A stretch of 64,000 nucleotides of DNA, taken from Nanobdellota archaeon. Its GTDB lineage: Archaea > Nanobdellota > Nanobdellia > Pacearchaeales > GW2011-AR1. Positions 28,294 to 38,434 of the stretch are shown here, one piece after another; position 1 is the first letter of the stretch; each line of letters starts with the position of its first letter. The notes beneath the pieces are model-generated. The model ran no database searches. It was not told the DNA's origin and was given only the letters and a program-made list of their open reading frames with translations. The stretch spans positions 96,001 to 160,000 of the forward strand of contig JBBSXC010000003.1 in assembly GCA_038045945.1 (NCBI GenBank). Reading direction: 5' to 3'. The position numbers were made by a program, and so were the translations under genes.

Positions 28294-30150
28294 ATGGCTA
28301 AAACAAACAAAAAAGCAGAGGAAGAAAAAACAGAAGAAAAAAGCAAAGAGGAAACAATAATTTATCACGACAAAAACCTAAAAATAGTAGAAGAATTCTC
28401 AAAAAACGATAGTAAAATACTAGAAAAAATCAAGAATAAACAATTCGAAGAAAGAAAAACCTTCGATATAAGAATGAAAGCAGAACAAGCAGCACATAGC
28501 GCAGAAATAACAAAACTAATATCGTACCCAATAATAAAGAAGAACCTAGCATACAACCTACCGCACCAACAAGAAGGAGCACTAAAAATACTAAAAGACT
28601 TTGACGGAAGAGCACTACTAGCAGACGAAGTAGGCCTAGGAAAAACAATAACTGCTGGAATGGTGCTAAAAGAATGCATAATGAGAGGATTCGTAAGAAA
28701 AGCACTAATACTAACACCACCGTCTCTGGTAAACCAGTGGAAAGAAGAACTAGAAACAAAATTCGAACTAAAATTTGTTGAAGTAAACAAAGAATCAGAA
28801 TGGGAAAACGCACAGTTAGCAATAGCATCAATAGACAAAGTAAAAAACTTCAACACAAAAACAAACGAATTCAAACACACAAAAGCACACGAAATATACT
28901 GGGACATAATAATAATTGATGAAGCACACAAACTAAAAGACAAAAAAACTTATAGGTGGAGGTTCGTAGACAAACTACAAAAGAAAAGACTATTATTACT
29001 AACAGCAACACCATTCCAAAACGACCTAATAGAACTATACAACCTATTATCATTACTAAAAAGAGGACACTTAGGAACAATAAGCGAATTTCGATCAAGC
29101 TTCCTGGTAAACGGAAACGAAAGACAACCACTAAACCCAAGAGAACTAAAACAAAAACTATCAGAAGTAATGATAAGAAGAAGAAGAGACGAAGTAAAAG
29201 GAATAAAATACATGAAAAGAATACCAAAAATATACTCAATAGACCTAAGCTGGCAAGAAAGAAGAGCTTATGAGCAAGTAGTAGACTTATTACTAGCACA
29301 CTACCTAGACTTCAAAGGAGAAGCAATAAACACCAACCTAGCAGCATACTCAGTCCTGCCAAAAATCACAAGTTCATCAAGATCATCGGTAGAATTCTTA
29401 GAAAACATAAGTGAAAGCCCAAAATACCACACAACAACAAAAGAAATAGCAAGAGAAATAATAAAATATTTTGAAGAAATAAAACACGACACAAAAATAG
29501 AAAAATTATTATGGTTAATAGACGAAATAAACAAAAAAGACAAAGGAGGGAAAATATTACTATATACTAAACACCCAACAACACTAAGATACATAGCAGA
29601 AATGCTAAGAAAACAAAAATACAAAATAACAGAATTCAGAGGAGGACTAACAAACGATGAAAAAACAGCAAGAATAAAAGAATTCAAAGAAAAAACACAA
29701 ATACTAATAAGTACAGAAACAGGGGCAGAAGGACTAAACTTTCAATTCTGCTCAAACTTAATAAATTATGATTTACCATGGAACCCAATGTCAGTTGAGC
29801 AAAGAATAGGAAGACTAGACAGAATAGGACAAAAAAAGAACATTTACGTATACAACCTAGCAACAAAAGACACAATGGAAGAACACGTAGTAGACCTAAT
29901 AATAAACAAAATGTGCTGCATTGGTCTCGTAATGGGAGAATTACCAATAATACTATTCAATATGGGACTGGACTCAAACGGCAAAGGAGGAGGAAACAAA
30001 TTCGAAGAAAAAGTAATGAACGCATTCCTAGACTCAAAAAACAACCTAAACAAGTTCGCAAACGAAATAGACAAAGTAGGAATGGAAATAAACAAAGGAA
30101 TAAAAGACTACGAACAAACAAAAAAATACACTTCGGAGTTATTAGACTAA
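28294..30150 (+). CDS. SNF2-family helicase (YqhH-like)
   Basis: LADEVGLGKT, DEAH, TATPFQN, EGLNFQ, DLPWNP, QRIGRLDR. Confidence 0.92.
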   Translation: MAKTNKKAEEEKTEEKSKEETIIYHDKNLKIVEEFSKNDSKILEKIKNKQFEERKTFDIRMKAEQAAHSAEITKLISYPIIKKNLAYNLPHQQEGALKILKDFDGRALLADEVGLGKTITAGMVLKECIMRGFVRKALILTPPSLVNQWKEELETKFELKFVEVNKESEWENAQLAIASIDKVKNFNTKTNEFKHTKAHEIYWDIIIIDEAHKLKDKKTYRWRFVDKLQKKRLLLLTATPFQNDLIELYNLLSLLKRGHLGTISEFRSSFLVNGNERQPLNPRELKQKLSEVMIRRRRDEVKGIKYMKRIPKIYSIDLSWQERRAYEQVVDLLLAHYLDFKGEAINTNLAAYSVLPKITSSSRSSVEFLENISESPKYHTTTKEIAREIIKYFEEIKHDTKIEKLLWLIDEINKKDKGGKILLYTKHPTTLRYIAEMLRKQKYKITEFRGGLTNDEKTARIKEFKEKTQILISTETGAEGLNFQFCSNLINYDLPWNPMSVEQRIGRLDRIGQKKNIYVYNLATKDTMEEHVVDLIINKMCCIGLVMGELPIILFNMGLDSNGKGGGNKFEEKVMNAFLDSKNNLNKFANEIDKVGMEINKGIKDYEQTKKYTSELLD

Positions 30151-30154
30151 AAAA

Positions 30155-31135
30155 ATGGAAGAAAAAAACACAAAAAAACTAATACAAGAATTCTTCAAAG
30201 AAGCAGTAATAAAAGAAGAGAAAGAACTAATAACAATAAGTGAGGTAAAACCAGAATTTGAAGAATTCATAGGGAAAAAATCACCATACAAGCTAGTATT
30301 CGACATAGAAACACACAACAAAATAAGAGATAGCGAACTAATAATGCAAGGAAGCTACTTCTTACAAGCAATAAGAGACTACCTAAACGACAAGGGAGAA
30401 ACAAGCAAACAAAAAATATTAATAAAACCAGAAATTAATGAAATAAAAATACCTAAAGGGTACAAAGTAGAAGAAATAAAAGAAGAGGGGTTGCAATACT
30501 TCGCAGAATTAACATTCTTAACAACGTACCAATACCTAAACGAAAAAAAACAAATAATAAGAAAAACAATAACAAAAGGAAAAGAAATACTTGAAATAAA
30601 AACAGAAGATTATAAGACACAAGAGGGAATAAACCAAGAATTAGAAAATACTGGACTAGATGAAGAATACAAAACAGCAAAAAACAAGCTAAAAACACAA
30701 ATAAATAGTGAAACAAAACAAATAAGGTCACACTTGAGAGAAAAACTAGAAAAAGAGTTAGAAAGAATAAGAACACACTACCATAAACAAATAAAAGAAA
30801 AAGATGAAGAATTAGAAAGATGCGAAGAAAAAATAAAGAAGCTAAAAAGCAAACTAAAACACACATATTATGACAGAGACATAAGAATACTAACCATGCT
30901 AATAAAAGAATCAATTGAAAGACTAGAAAACCTAAAAAAGAAAAGTTATAAAGAAAGACTAATAGCAGAAGAAAAATTCCACTTAGTAGACGCAATAGAA
31001 AAACACGTACTATCAATAAAAAATAGTCTAATGAACATAACAATATTCTACTACCAAACTTACGAATTAACAATAAAGAAAGAAGGAAAAACAAAAAAGA
31101 TTATTTATGACCCAATACTAAAAAAGCAAGAATAA
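30155..31135 (+). CDS. Coiled-coil partner of SNF2 helicase (YqhG-like)
   Basis: 4 nt after helicase; ELI..GS..L motif and long coiled coil ELERIR.HY. Confidence 0.6.
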   Translation: MEEKNTKKLIQEFFKEAVIKEEKELITISEVKPEFEEFIGKKSPYKLVFDIETHNKIRDSELIMQGSYFLQAIRDYLNDKGETSKQKILIKPEINEIKIPKGYKVEEIKEEGLQYFAELTFLTTYQYLNEKKQIIRKTITKGKEILEIKTEDYKTQEGINQELENTGLDEEYKTAKNKLKTQINSETKQIRSHLREKLEKELERIRTHYHKQIKEKDEELERCEEKIKKLKSKLKHTYYDRDIRILTMLIKESIERLENLKKKSYKERLIAEEKFHLVDAIEKHVLSIKNSLMNITIFYYQTYELTIKKEGKTKKIIYDPILKKQE

Positions 31136-31174
31136 TCTAACATTTTATATACCTTTTAAACCTTTAAGTCAGTA

Positions 31175-31651
31175 ATGAAGAGGTCGTTTTTTAATTCGAA
31201 ATCTAAAAAAGTGAATAAAAGATTTTTTGATTTCAATAAAGAAATAATAACAGCAGAAATAGGCGCAATAATCGGCGCACCAATAGCATCAACAATAGCA
31301 GCAAGAGTATCAAGCAACCCCTCAATAATATCAGGATGGGCAGTTGTAGGAGGAATGATAGGAGGAGGATTATTCTGGCTAATAACAAGACTAAGAGACC
31401 ACATAAAAGAAAAACAATATGCTAAGAAAAAATTATTAAAAGACATATTATACATCGTGCCCATGAATGCAGCAGCAAGTTGGACGGTGTATCAACCAAC
31501 ACTATTCTTCCTATCAAGATACTTACTAACACTAAAAGTAGCAGTAGTACCAGCAGTACTCACAAGCCAAATAATAGGATTTTCATTATACTTATGGGTT
31601 CTGGACACTTACAGAACATGGGTTGACAAAAAATTCAAAAAAAACCTATAA
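31175..31651 (+). CDS. Hypothetical membrane protein
   Basis: About four TM segments. Confidence 0.65.
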   Translation: MKRSFFNSKSKKVNKRFFDFNKEIITAEIGAIIGAPIASTIAARVSSNPSIISGWAVVGGMIGGGLFWLITRLRDHIKEKQYAKKKLLKDILYIVPMNAAASWTVYQPTLFFLSRYLLTLKVAVVPAVLTSQIIGFSLYLWVLDTYRTWVDKKFKKNL

Positions 31652-31717
31652 GACTGATATAACCGATAAGTAATAACACACACAAGGTTTTATAAAGTTG
31701 GAGTTCCTAATTCATTA

Positions 31718-31978
31718 ATGGAATTTGATGATAACAAGCTGGCAAGTCTATTCTCTGATAAGTCTAAAAGAAAATCATTAACATCAAGACAAAAAATATA
31801 TTTTTGGGAAAACCCAAGACAATACACTAGAACATGCAGTATATGCCAAGAAAGAATTATAAAAATACCAGATGTTGAAATAGACAGAACTAAAGAATTC
31901 TCGAGCAACAACAACAAACTATTACTAACTCACAAAGAATGCAACAGAATGATAATGAAAGCAGAAAAAAGAAACTAA
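31718..31978 (+). CDS. Small HNH-like zinc-binding protein with degenerate active site
   Basis: CSIC...EIDR...HKECN. Confidence 0.55.
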   Translation: MEFDDNKLASLFSDKSKRKSLTSRQKIYFWENPRQYTRTCSICQERIIKIPDVEIDRTKEFSSNNNKLLLTHKECNRMIMKAEKRN

Positions 31979-32188
31979 TCTCTCTTTCCCTCAACCACCA
32001 TAGCTTTCCAATATAAACCATCAACATTGTAATAAGAAAAATCTTTAATCTTTACTGTTTATACCAAAAACTTTTCTTTTAGACATAAAAGATTTAAGCA
32101 AAAGACCGTTTTAAAACATTCGTATTTGTAACCACTACATAGTAACATGATAGTAAAGCTTTAAAAGGGTGGAAAGATTTCTTGGTGT

Positions 32189-32905
32189 ATGGTAAGAAAA
32201 GCAATAATAATGGGAATTAACCTAGGCAGAATGCTAGTTAACGGCATACCTGAAATGGTTACAGCATTCAAAGGCATTGATGACCCCAAAAGAGGACCAT
32301 TATCTTATAAAGAAATGGTTCAGAAGTATAAAGTAAAAGAATTTTTAAAAATAGGTGATGAAGGGATAGTAGAGAGTGCAGTAAGGTATGCAATGATAGG
32401 ATATAATGGAAGATGTAGTGAAAATTATGAAGGACAAATACCAAAAGAAAGGGTAGGCTACTGGATAAATAAAAGGGAAATGTTTATCTCCTCAAGAAAA
32501 GCTAAAGAACAAAACGGTACTGGAAACTCCCTCGTTGAGAGACTAAGCACTAAAGAACTAAGAAATAACGGAAGGGCAGGACTGATACAGAGAGGCAGAA
32601 AACCAGCAGTTGAAAGAATTGAGACAGAGTACATGACTTTCATAAAAGATAGGAAAGAAACAGAATACATGACAATTCTGGGGGAATATGATACGATATG
32701 GCAATTAATAAACAACAATGATTATAAGATTAAAGAAGGAAGAACAGCTGGAAAGATAAACCCGGAAAAGGTTAGAATGAAAATTAACGAGTTATTCCAT
32801 GAGGGAAAGGATGAAAGATCATACTACGGAATTAACTGCATGATTGGAAGAGTTAGAAGAAAACATAGGATAATTAAGACTAAAACACGAGCTATAGCAG
32901 CCTAA
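32189..32905 (+). CDS. Hypothetical protein (paralog of downstream ORF)
   Basis: Shares LG....PE.......GY/GF.G and G...E.E.Y pattern with 32911..33618. Confidence 0.65.
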   Translation: MVRKAIIMGINLGRMLVNGIPEMVTAFKGIDDPKRGPLSYKEMVQKYKVKEFLKIGDEGIVESAVRYAMIGYNGRCSENYEGQIPKERVGYWINKREMFISSRKAKEQNGTGNSLVERLSTKELRNNGRAGLIQRGRKPAVERIETEYMTFIKDRKETEYMTILGEYDTIWQLINNNDYKIKEGRTAGKINPEKVRMKINELFHEGKDERSYYGINCMIGRVRRKHRIIKTKTRAIAA

Positions 32906-32910
32906 CAAAA

Positions 32911-33618
32911 ATGATTTTAGAACAAGTAGTGGCTATGAATTCTTGCGCCAGACTAGGAGAAAGAATACAACAAGATTTTCCTGAAATAGCTGAAATGTAT
33001 AGGTCAGGAATAACAGCGGAGTTTATAGCTAGAACAATAATAATGCCGCATTATGGAGTATCAGAAGATTATGCCAGAGTAGGAACTCAAAGAGCACTAG
33101 GAGGATTCAAAGGAAGTAAGGATGTTAAAACATACTACGGACTAATACCAAAATTCGAAATGAGAGAGCTAGAAAAAGCTCACAAAAGTGATTCTGGAAA
33201 AAGAGTAGTAGGAGAAAGAATGAGAGAAAAAGTTAACATGACACAAACATTAACAAACGAAGAATTAGTAAGGCTTGGAAGAATTGGAGGAACAAAATCA
33301 TTATCAGAAGGACTAGGAATACATGATCAATCAAGAATTAAAGAATACATTGAAGCAAAAGGGCAAGCAAGGTGGACAGAAGAAGAAAAAATGTACGCTT
33401 TAGAAAGATATGAAGATGAAAGGTATAAAAAAACAATAATAGGGCACAAAAGGGCAACTGATTTAGATGAAGTGACAAAAGTCGTAAACTACGTTTTTAG
33501 AGGAGAAAGAACGAAGGCAACAGTAGCAACGGTTGTAACAAGATACAAAAAAGAGAGAAAGAAGTTGTTAGGAGAAATATCAAGACTAGTAAGTAGCATA
33601 ATTAACGTAACTACCTAG
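32911..33618 (+). CDS. Hypothetical protein (paralog of upstream ORF)
   Basis: DFPEIAEMYRSG..., WTEEEK segment. Confidence 0.65.
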   Translation: MILEQVVAMNSCARLGERIQQDFPEIAEMYRSGITAEFIARTIIMPHYGVSEDYARVGTQRALGGFKGSKDVKTYYGLIPKFEMRELEKAHKSDSGKRVVGERMREKVNMTQTLTNEELVRLGRIGGTKSLSEGLGIHDQSRIKEYIEAKGQARWTEEEKMYALERYEDERYKKTIIGHKRATDLDEVTKVVNYVFRGERTKATVATVVTRYKKERKKLLGEISRLVSSIINVTT

Positions 33619-33664
33619 TAATAACAAACAAAAGCTTTAAATATAGCCTAGTGTTATAATAATT

Positions 33665-34609
33665 ATGGGATTTTTTGCGACTCTAGCAGGTAAAGTAAGC
33701 AATGCTGTTAATTCAATAAAAGGATCACCGAATACCAATAATAGGATTAGAGATAAACTTGATTCTAACACTGTAGCGACTAATTCAAAATCTTATAATA
33801 GAAGTCCCAAACCTCAAGACCCAAGATTTTATGCTAAAACAATTGATTATAGTAGCAAGATTGATTACAAAACCACTAATACTTTCCCTTATAAAGAATT
33901 AGACAATGGACAAGTAGAAGTTAGAATAAAGCCCTCAGTAAACTTGAATGACCACAAACCAGGTTATGACTTATTCAATAACAGGGTTGACGCTCTAGAA
34001 AGTATTGTTGAAAAAGACGAAGTAGAAGGAATAAGAAGAATTGAAAGAGCTTATGAAGAAATTACCTCTTTAAGCAATATGACGAATTATGATGGAGTTT
34101 CAAGCAGAATTGACCATCAAGTATCAAGAATGCAGGAAGCTAGAAGGAGAATAAACAAAATATTATCTACCGGGGACATAAAAGATGGAATGATTGTTCG
34201 TTACGATAGCAACAGCAAAAAACTTATCTATTTTAATGTTCAAGTATTATCAGAACTTGCAGACTCATTAAATAACAAAATTAACGAATTCAAATGTTAC
34301 GAAGAAAGAACTAATAAAGTTAAAAGATTCTTATTAAATAAAACTCGCGAAAATTATGGCGAGAGAATAGAATTACCAAACCCTGACTCCCAAGAAATTG
34401 TTGGAGAAACCCCCCTTTCAAGAGTAAGTTCCTATTTTAAGCTAATGAGCAGAATAAACAAAAAATTATTAGAATCAGGAAATGCATCAAAAATGGGAAA
34501 ACAAGAAACTTTCCTAGAAGATAGAGCAAGATATCTAGAAATTGAAAGGAATTACCCAGAATTAGCTGCAAAAAAACTAACTTTTAATTTTTTCACCCAA
34601 GAATCTTAA
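33665..34609 (+). CDS. Hypothetical protein
   Basis: 314-aa ORF with TATA. Confidence 0.65.
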   Translation: MGFFATLAGKVSNAVNSIKGSPNTNNRIRDKLDSNTVATNSKSYNRSPKPQDPRFYAKTIDYSSKIDYKTTNTFPYKELDNGQVEVRIKPSVNLNDHKPGYDLFNNRVDALESIVEKDEVEGIRRIERAYEEITSLSNMTNYDGVSSRIDHQVSRMQEARRRINKILSTGDIKDGMIVRYDSNSKKLIYFNVQVLSELADSLNNKINEFKCYEERTNKVKRFLLNKTRENYGERIELPNPDSQEIVGETPLSRVSSYFKLMSRINKKLLESGNASKMGKQETFLEDRARYLEIERNYPELAAKKLTFNFFTQES

Positions 34610-36310
34610 GTAGTCGTTATTGTTACCCCTAGCCATCTTCTCAATTATTAATTCTGGTGTTGAACGAGCAAGCCTCCCAATTACAGGATTATGATCGACG
34701 ATTAACTCATTATCAGCTGACAACCCTTTAGCTTCAATACCATCAATACGACTAAAAGGAGGGAGATGATCTTTAATTTCTTGACCAAGATGAGTAGCAA
34801 CTATCATAAAACATCCTTTCTTAATAAAGAATTCTGCAGTAGCACAAATAAGTCTGCTCGCAACTCCTGGTTCAGTAACGGCCTCTATTTCATCAGCAAG
34901 AATTAAAGTTTTATTATTTGATGTCTTAATATCAGACATTTGAGTTAGTAAAGTCTCAAAAGCACCCTTAGTCATACTACCTTTATTCTTAGCAAAATAA
35001 TAAATTTCTGAGAATAACGGAGCCTGGAAACCCCCACGCATAGGAAGACCAAGATTCATTATTGATATTGCTTGAATTAAGTGCTCAATAAGGGTTGTTT
35101 TACCACCAGAATTAGCACCAGTTAGTATTGAGCAACGCGAAGCATTATCCAAATAAAAATTTATCGGTTGAGGCTTCTCTAAGAAAAGGTTTTCTAAATT
35201 ATTAAAATGAATTTTTTCTGAGATAGAAGGATGATGATCATTATTCCTAATCATTTGTTTAATCCCAGAAAAAAAGTCGAATAATAATAACTCTTGCGAA
35301 AGTTGAGACAAAAGACTTGGAATAGCTCTTAATAATTCGCTGTGGAGCTTAACCTTTTCAGCAATACTTGTAAACTCATCAGAATCCTGACTTTTAACAA
35401 ACCTTTCAAATTCCGAATCATCTAAACGTACAGGAATACTAACTTTTAACAAGTGAGTAGGTATACCAGAATTAGAAATTTCTGACTCAATAATATCTAA
35501 TACTTCCTTAGGAATCTTGCCTTGAGAAAGCATTGAAAAAACTGATGCTCCTGAAAGATTCATAAGTTCAAGCCGCATAGAAATACCTTCATTAATCCTC
35601 TCTAAAGCAGAATCAACATCATTTAAGGATATTTTCTTAACAACATCAGATTTAAGTAACTGGAGAGCTGGGGAAAGTTTAGAAACAATATTAAGAATTC
35701 TTTCATTAATAATTCCAGAACTATTAATAACATCAATATTAGCAGACCATGAGGACAAAAGTTCCAAATACCTTTCTAAGTATGCGTCATCACTAGAGGA
35801 CAAAAATACGCTTTGGGGAAGACGTTCTAAAGAAGAACTAAAATTATCACAATCAACAACTTGCACTAAATCATAACTTTCAAGACTCATCAAATCATTA
35901 TCAGTTAACAATAATTGTGCAGGACAATCAGCCTTAGTAAGATTAAGATAAGTCTTCTCATCCTCAGTAGCCACTACAACACCATACTTGGGCTTCCACC
36001 AAGACTTTGGCTTCTTTAAAGACTTTAAAAAAGAATTATTATTAACATCCTTAGATAAAGAAAGGTGGAAAAATTCTTGCCTCCTAAGAATCTCCTTAGG
36101 ATCATCAGTTAAGGGGAAAGCATGCCATAAATCATCAGTTGATGGAAGAACAAATTTTTCGCTAACAGCCCTAATAGTTCTTTGGTGAACTAACTTTGCA
36201 TCTTTAGTTATGAACAAATTCTTTGATTCAGGCTTTATTACAGTTCCCGCCGCTTTATCAAAAGGAGTAATTTTGTTATCAATAATAATCTTAGTCAACT
36301 CTTTAATCAT
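34577..36310 (-). CDS. MutS-family ATPase (archaeal MutS2/MutS5-like)
   Basis: TGANSGGKTT, GAFET, LADEIEAVTEPG, ATHL. Confidence 0.85.
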   Translation of the reverse strand: MIKELTKIIIDNKITPFDKAAGTVIKPESKNLFITKDAKLVHQRTIRAVSEKFVLPSTDDLWHAFPLTDDPKEILRRQEFFHLSLSKDVNNNSFLKSLKKPKSWWKPKYGVVVATEDEKTYLNLTKADCPAQLLLTDNDLMSLESYDLVQVVDCDNFSSSLERLPQSVFLSSSDDAYLERYLELLSSWSANIDVINSSGIINERILNIVSKLSPALQLLKSDVVKKISLNDVDSALERINEGISMRLELMNLSGASVFSMLSQGKIPKEVLDIIESEISNSGIPTHLLKVSIPVRLDDSEFERFVKSQDSDEFTSIAEKVKLHSELLRAIPSLLSQLSQELLLFDFFSGIKQMIRNNDHHPSISEKIHFNNLENLFLEKPQPINFYLDNASRCSILTGANSGGKTTLIEHLIQAISIMNLGLPMRGGFQAPLFSEIYYFAKNKGSMTKGAFETLLTQMSDIKTSNNKTLILADEIEAVTEPGVASRLICATAEFFIKKGCFMIVATHLGQEIKDHLPPFSRIDGIEAKGLSADNELIVDHNPVIGRLARSTPELIIEKMARGNNNDYLRFLGEKIKS

Positions 36311-36417
36311 AATTGGATAACCATTACTCACGTTTAAGAACTTTATTGGGGTCAACCCTCATAAACATATAATCTAAGCTAATAGATTTTAAATAGACAG
36401 AAAATTCTTTGTTAATC

Positions 36418-36699
36418 ATGAGTTTTAGAGAAAACGTAAGAAAAGGAATAAGCGCTTTAGGCCTTGCAGGGATAGTTGGAGGATTAGGAGGAATAGCTTA
36501 CGCAGGACTAGTTGGAGAAGTAAAATCAAACATTTTAGCTTATAGCGACTCACAAACAGTTACTTCTGAGGATATAGAATCAATACAGAGTAAGTACAAG
36601 TGTAGAAATATGAGCGGATTAACAGTACTAGCAGGAATAGGATTATTATACGCTGCTAATCGTAAGAGAAGAGATGATGACGATGACGAACCAAAATAA
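36418..36699 (+). CDS. Hypothetical two-TM protein
   Basis: ORF. Confidence 0.55.
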   Translation: MSFRENVRKGISALGLAGIVGGLGGIAYAGLVGEVKSNILAYSDSQTVTSEDIESIQSKYKCRNMSGLTVLAGIGLLYAANRKRRDDDDDEPK

Positions 36700-36705
36700 A
36701 ATGTT

Positions 36706-38082
36706 TTATACTTCTTTACTTCTTTCTAACAAATCAATAGGGTAAACCCCATCAAAACACGATAAACTAAGCTTTTCTCTTGGTAAACCAACACCTTTTA
36801 CTAATCCTTCAATTGATAAATAATTAAGACTCGTAGCACCCAAAAACTGCCTTATTTCCTCAACACTTTTAGAAGAAGCAACTAATTGATCTTTTTTAGG
36901 AGTATCAATACCATAAAAGTCAGGAAAACGAACAGGAGGTGAAGAAACTAAGAAGTGTACTTCAACAGCACCAGCATCAAACAACGCCTTAACTATCTGA
37001 GCTGAAGTAGTACCCCTAACAATTGAGTCATCAACAACAGCAACTCTCTTACCCTTAATAATAGAAGTTAAAGGATTAAGTTTAAGCTTAACCCCCAACT
37101 GCCTAGAACGAGAATCAGGCTCAATAAATGTTCTGTGAATATAACGATTCTTAACAAGAGCCATTTCTAAAGGAATACCACTAATAGCAGAATAACCAAC
37201 AGCCACAGGAATAGCAGTTTCAGGCACAGGAATAATAATATCAACGTTTAAAGGGCTCTCAACAGCTAATATTTCACCAAACTTCCTACGAACATCATAA
37301 ACAGGCCTGCCAAGAATTATACTATCAGGCCTAGAAAAATAAACGAATTCGAAAACATCAAACTTTTGGTCAGGATCAGCAAGTTGAACGCAGCGCACAC
37401 CACTAGAATTAATAATAATCATTTCACCAGGCCTAACCTCACGAATAAATTCTGCACCGATAGTGTTAAAGGCACAAGTTTCAGAAGCAACAACATATCC
37501 ACCATCAATCTTACCAAGAGCTAAAGGCCTAATACCGCAATGATCCTTAAAAGCAACAAGAGTATCCTTAGACATAGCAACAACTGAGAAAGCACCAGTA
37601 AACAAAGGATAAGCCTCCATAACAGCCTCACCAATACTACGACCCTGCTCCATAAAATAACCAACAGCATCAGTCATCATCTGCGAATCATTCCTGCTAG
37701 AAACATCAATATCTTTACTTGACAAAAAACTTTGCAAAGCCATAACAGAAGGAAGATTACCATTATGAGACAAAGCAAGTCTCCCATCACGAGAAATAAT
37801 AGGAGAAGCATGATTAATACCAGTACCACCAAAAGTCGAGTAACGATTATGACCAACAGAAATATGACCTTTAAGAGAAGAAATATCACTTTCAGAATAA
37901 GCCTGAGTTACCAGGCCAACATTTTTGAAACAATCAATTTTCCAACCGTTGGATACAGCAATACCGCTAGACTCCTGACCCCTATGCTGTAAAGCAAAAA
38001 GACCATAAAAAGAGAGTCTGCTAACGTCTAAACCCTTACCAAAAATACCAATAACACCACACTTTTCATTAAGTTCATCCAT
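36706..38082 (-). CDS. purF: Amidophosphoribosyltransferase
   Basis: Propeptide then CGVIG, QHRGQ, GHNRYST, HNGNL, FEFVYFSRPDS, VDDSIVRGTT, YGID. Confidence 0.96.
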   Translation of the reverse strand: MDELNEKCGVIGIFGKGLDVSRLSFYGLFALQHRGQESSGIAVSNGWKIDCFKNVGLVTQAYSESDISSLKGHISVGHNRYSTFGGTGINHASPIISRDGRLALSHNGNLPSVMALQSFLSSKDIDVSSRNDSQMMTDAVGYFMEQGRSIGEAVMEAYPLFTGAFSVVAMSKDTLVAFKDHCGIRPLALGKIDGGYVVASETCAFNTIGAEFIREVRPGEMIIINSSGVRCVQLADPDQKFDVFEFVYFSRPDSIILGRPVYDVRRKFGEILAVESPLNVDIIIPVPETAIPVAVGYSAISGIPLEMALVKNRYIHRTFIEPDSRSRQLGVKLKLNPLTSIIKGKRVAVVDDSIVRGTTSAQIVKALFDAGAVEVHFLVSSPPVRFPDFYGIDTPKKDQLVASSKSVEEIRQFLGATSLNYLSIEGLVKGVGLPREKLSLSCFDGVYPIDLLERSKEV

Positions 38083-38180
38083 AAAAATCACCCTTGAAAA
38101 AATATCAACATTACAGTATTTAAGGATTATAGTGATTAAGCCATAATAAGACTTATTAACACACAAAAATTAGCAAGGTA

Positions 38181-38423
38181 ATGGGTGAAGTAATAAGATC
38201 AACAAAGTTTATGGCGGACATAATAAACACAGGAACAATAAAGAATTATCAACAAGAAAAACCATTTCTGCCAGAAAAAGATGAATTTCTAGAAAGAAAC
38301 ATTACATTAGGAAATGAAGAACTAATAGAAAAGAAAAAAAGAGACAGAAGAAACGCATTAGCAGTAGCATTGATAGTAGTATTATCAATAATCATAGTAA
38401 TGTTCGGATTATTCACAGCATAA
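38181..38423 (+). CDS. Hypothetical protein with C-terminal TM
   Basis: ORF. Confidence 0.55.
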   Translation: MGEVIRSTKFMADIINTGTIKNYQQEKPFLPEKDEFLERNITLGNEELIEKKKRDRRNALAVALIVVLSIIIVMFGLFTA

Positions 38424-38434
38424 AAAAATTTCTT

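Noticed and set aside
28365-31094. Many long minus-strand Leu/Phe/Ser-rich ORFs (also under ileS, the ABC exporter and gpsA)
   Set aside because: Antisense shadows of A-rich plus-strand genes; low complexity, no motifs or promoters
31975-32086. Short minus-strand frameshifted coding-like remnant (MSKRKVFG.../...YWKAMVVEGKRD)
   Set aside because: Too short and no recognisable family
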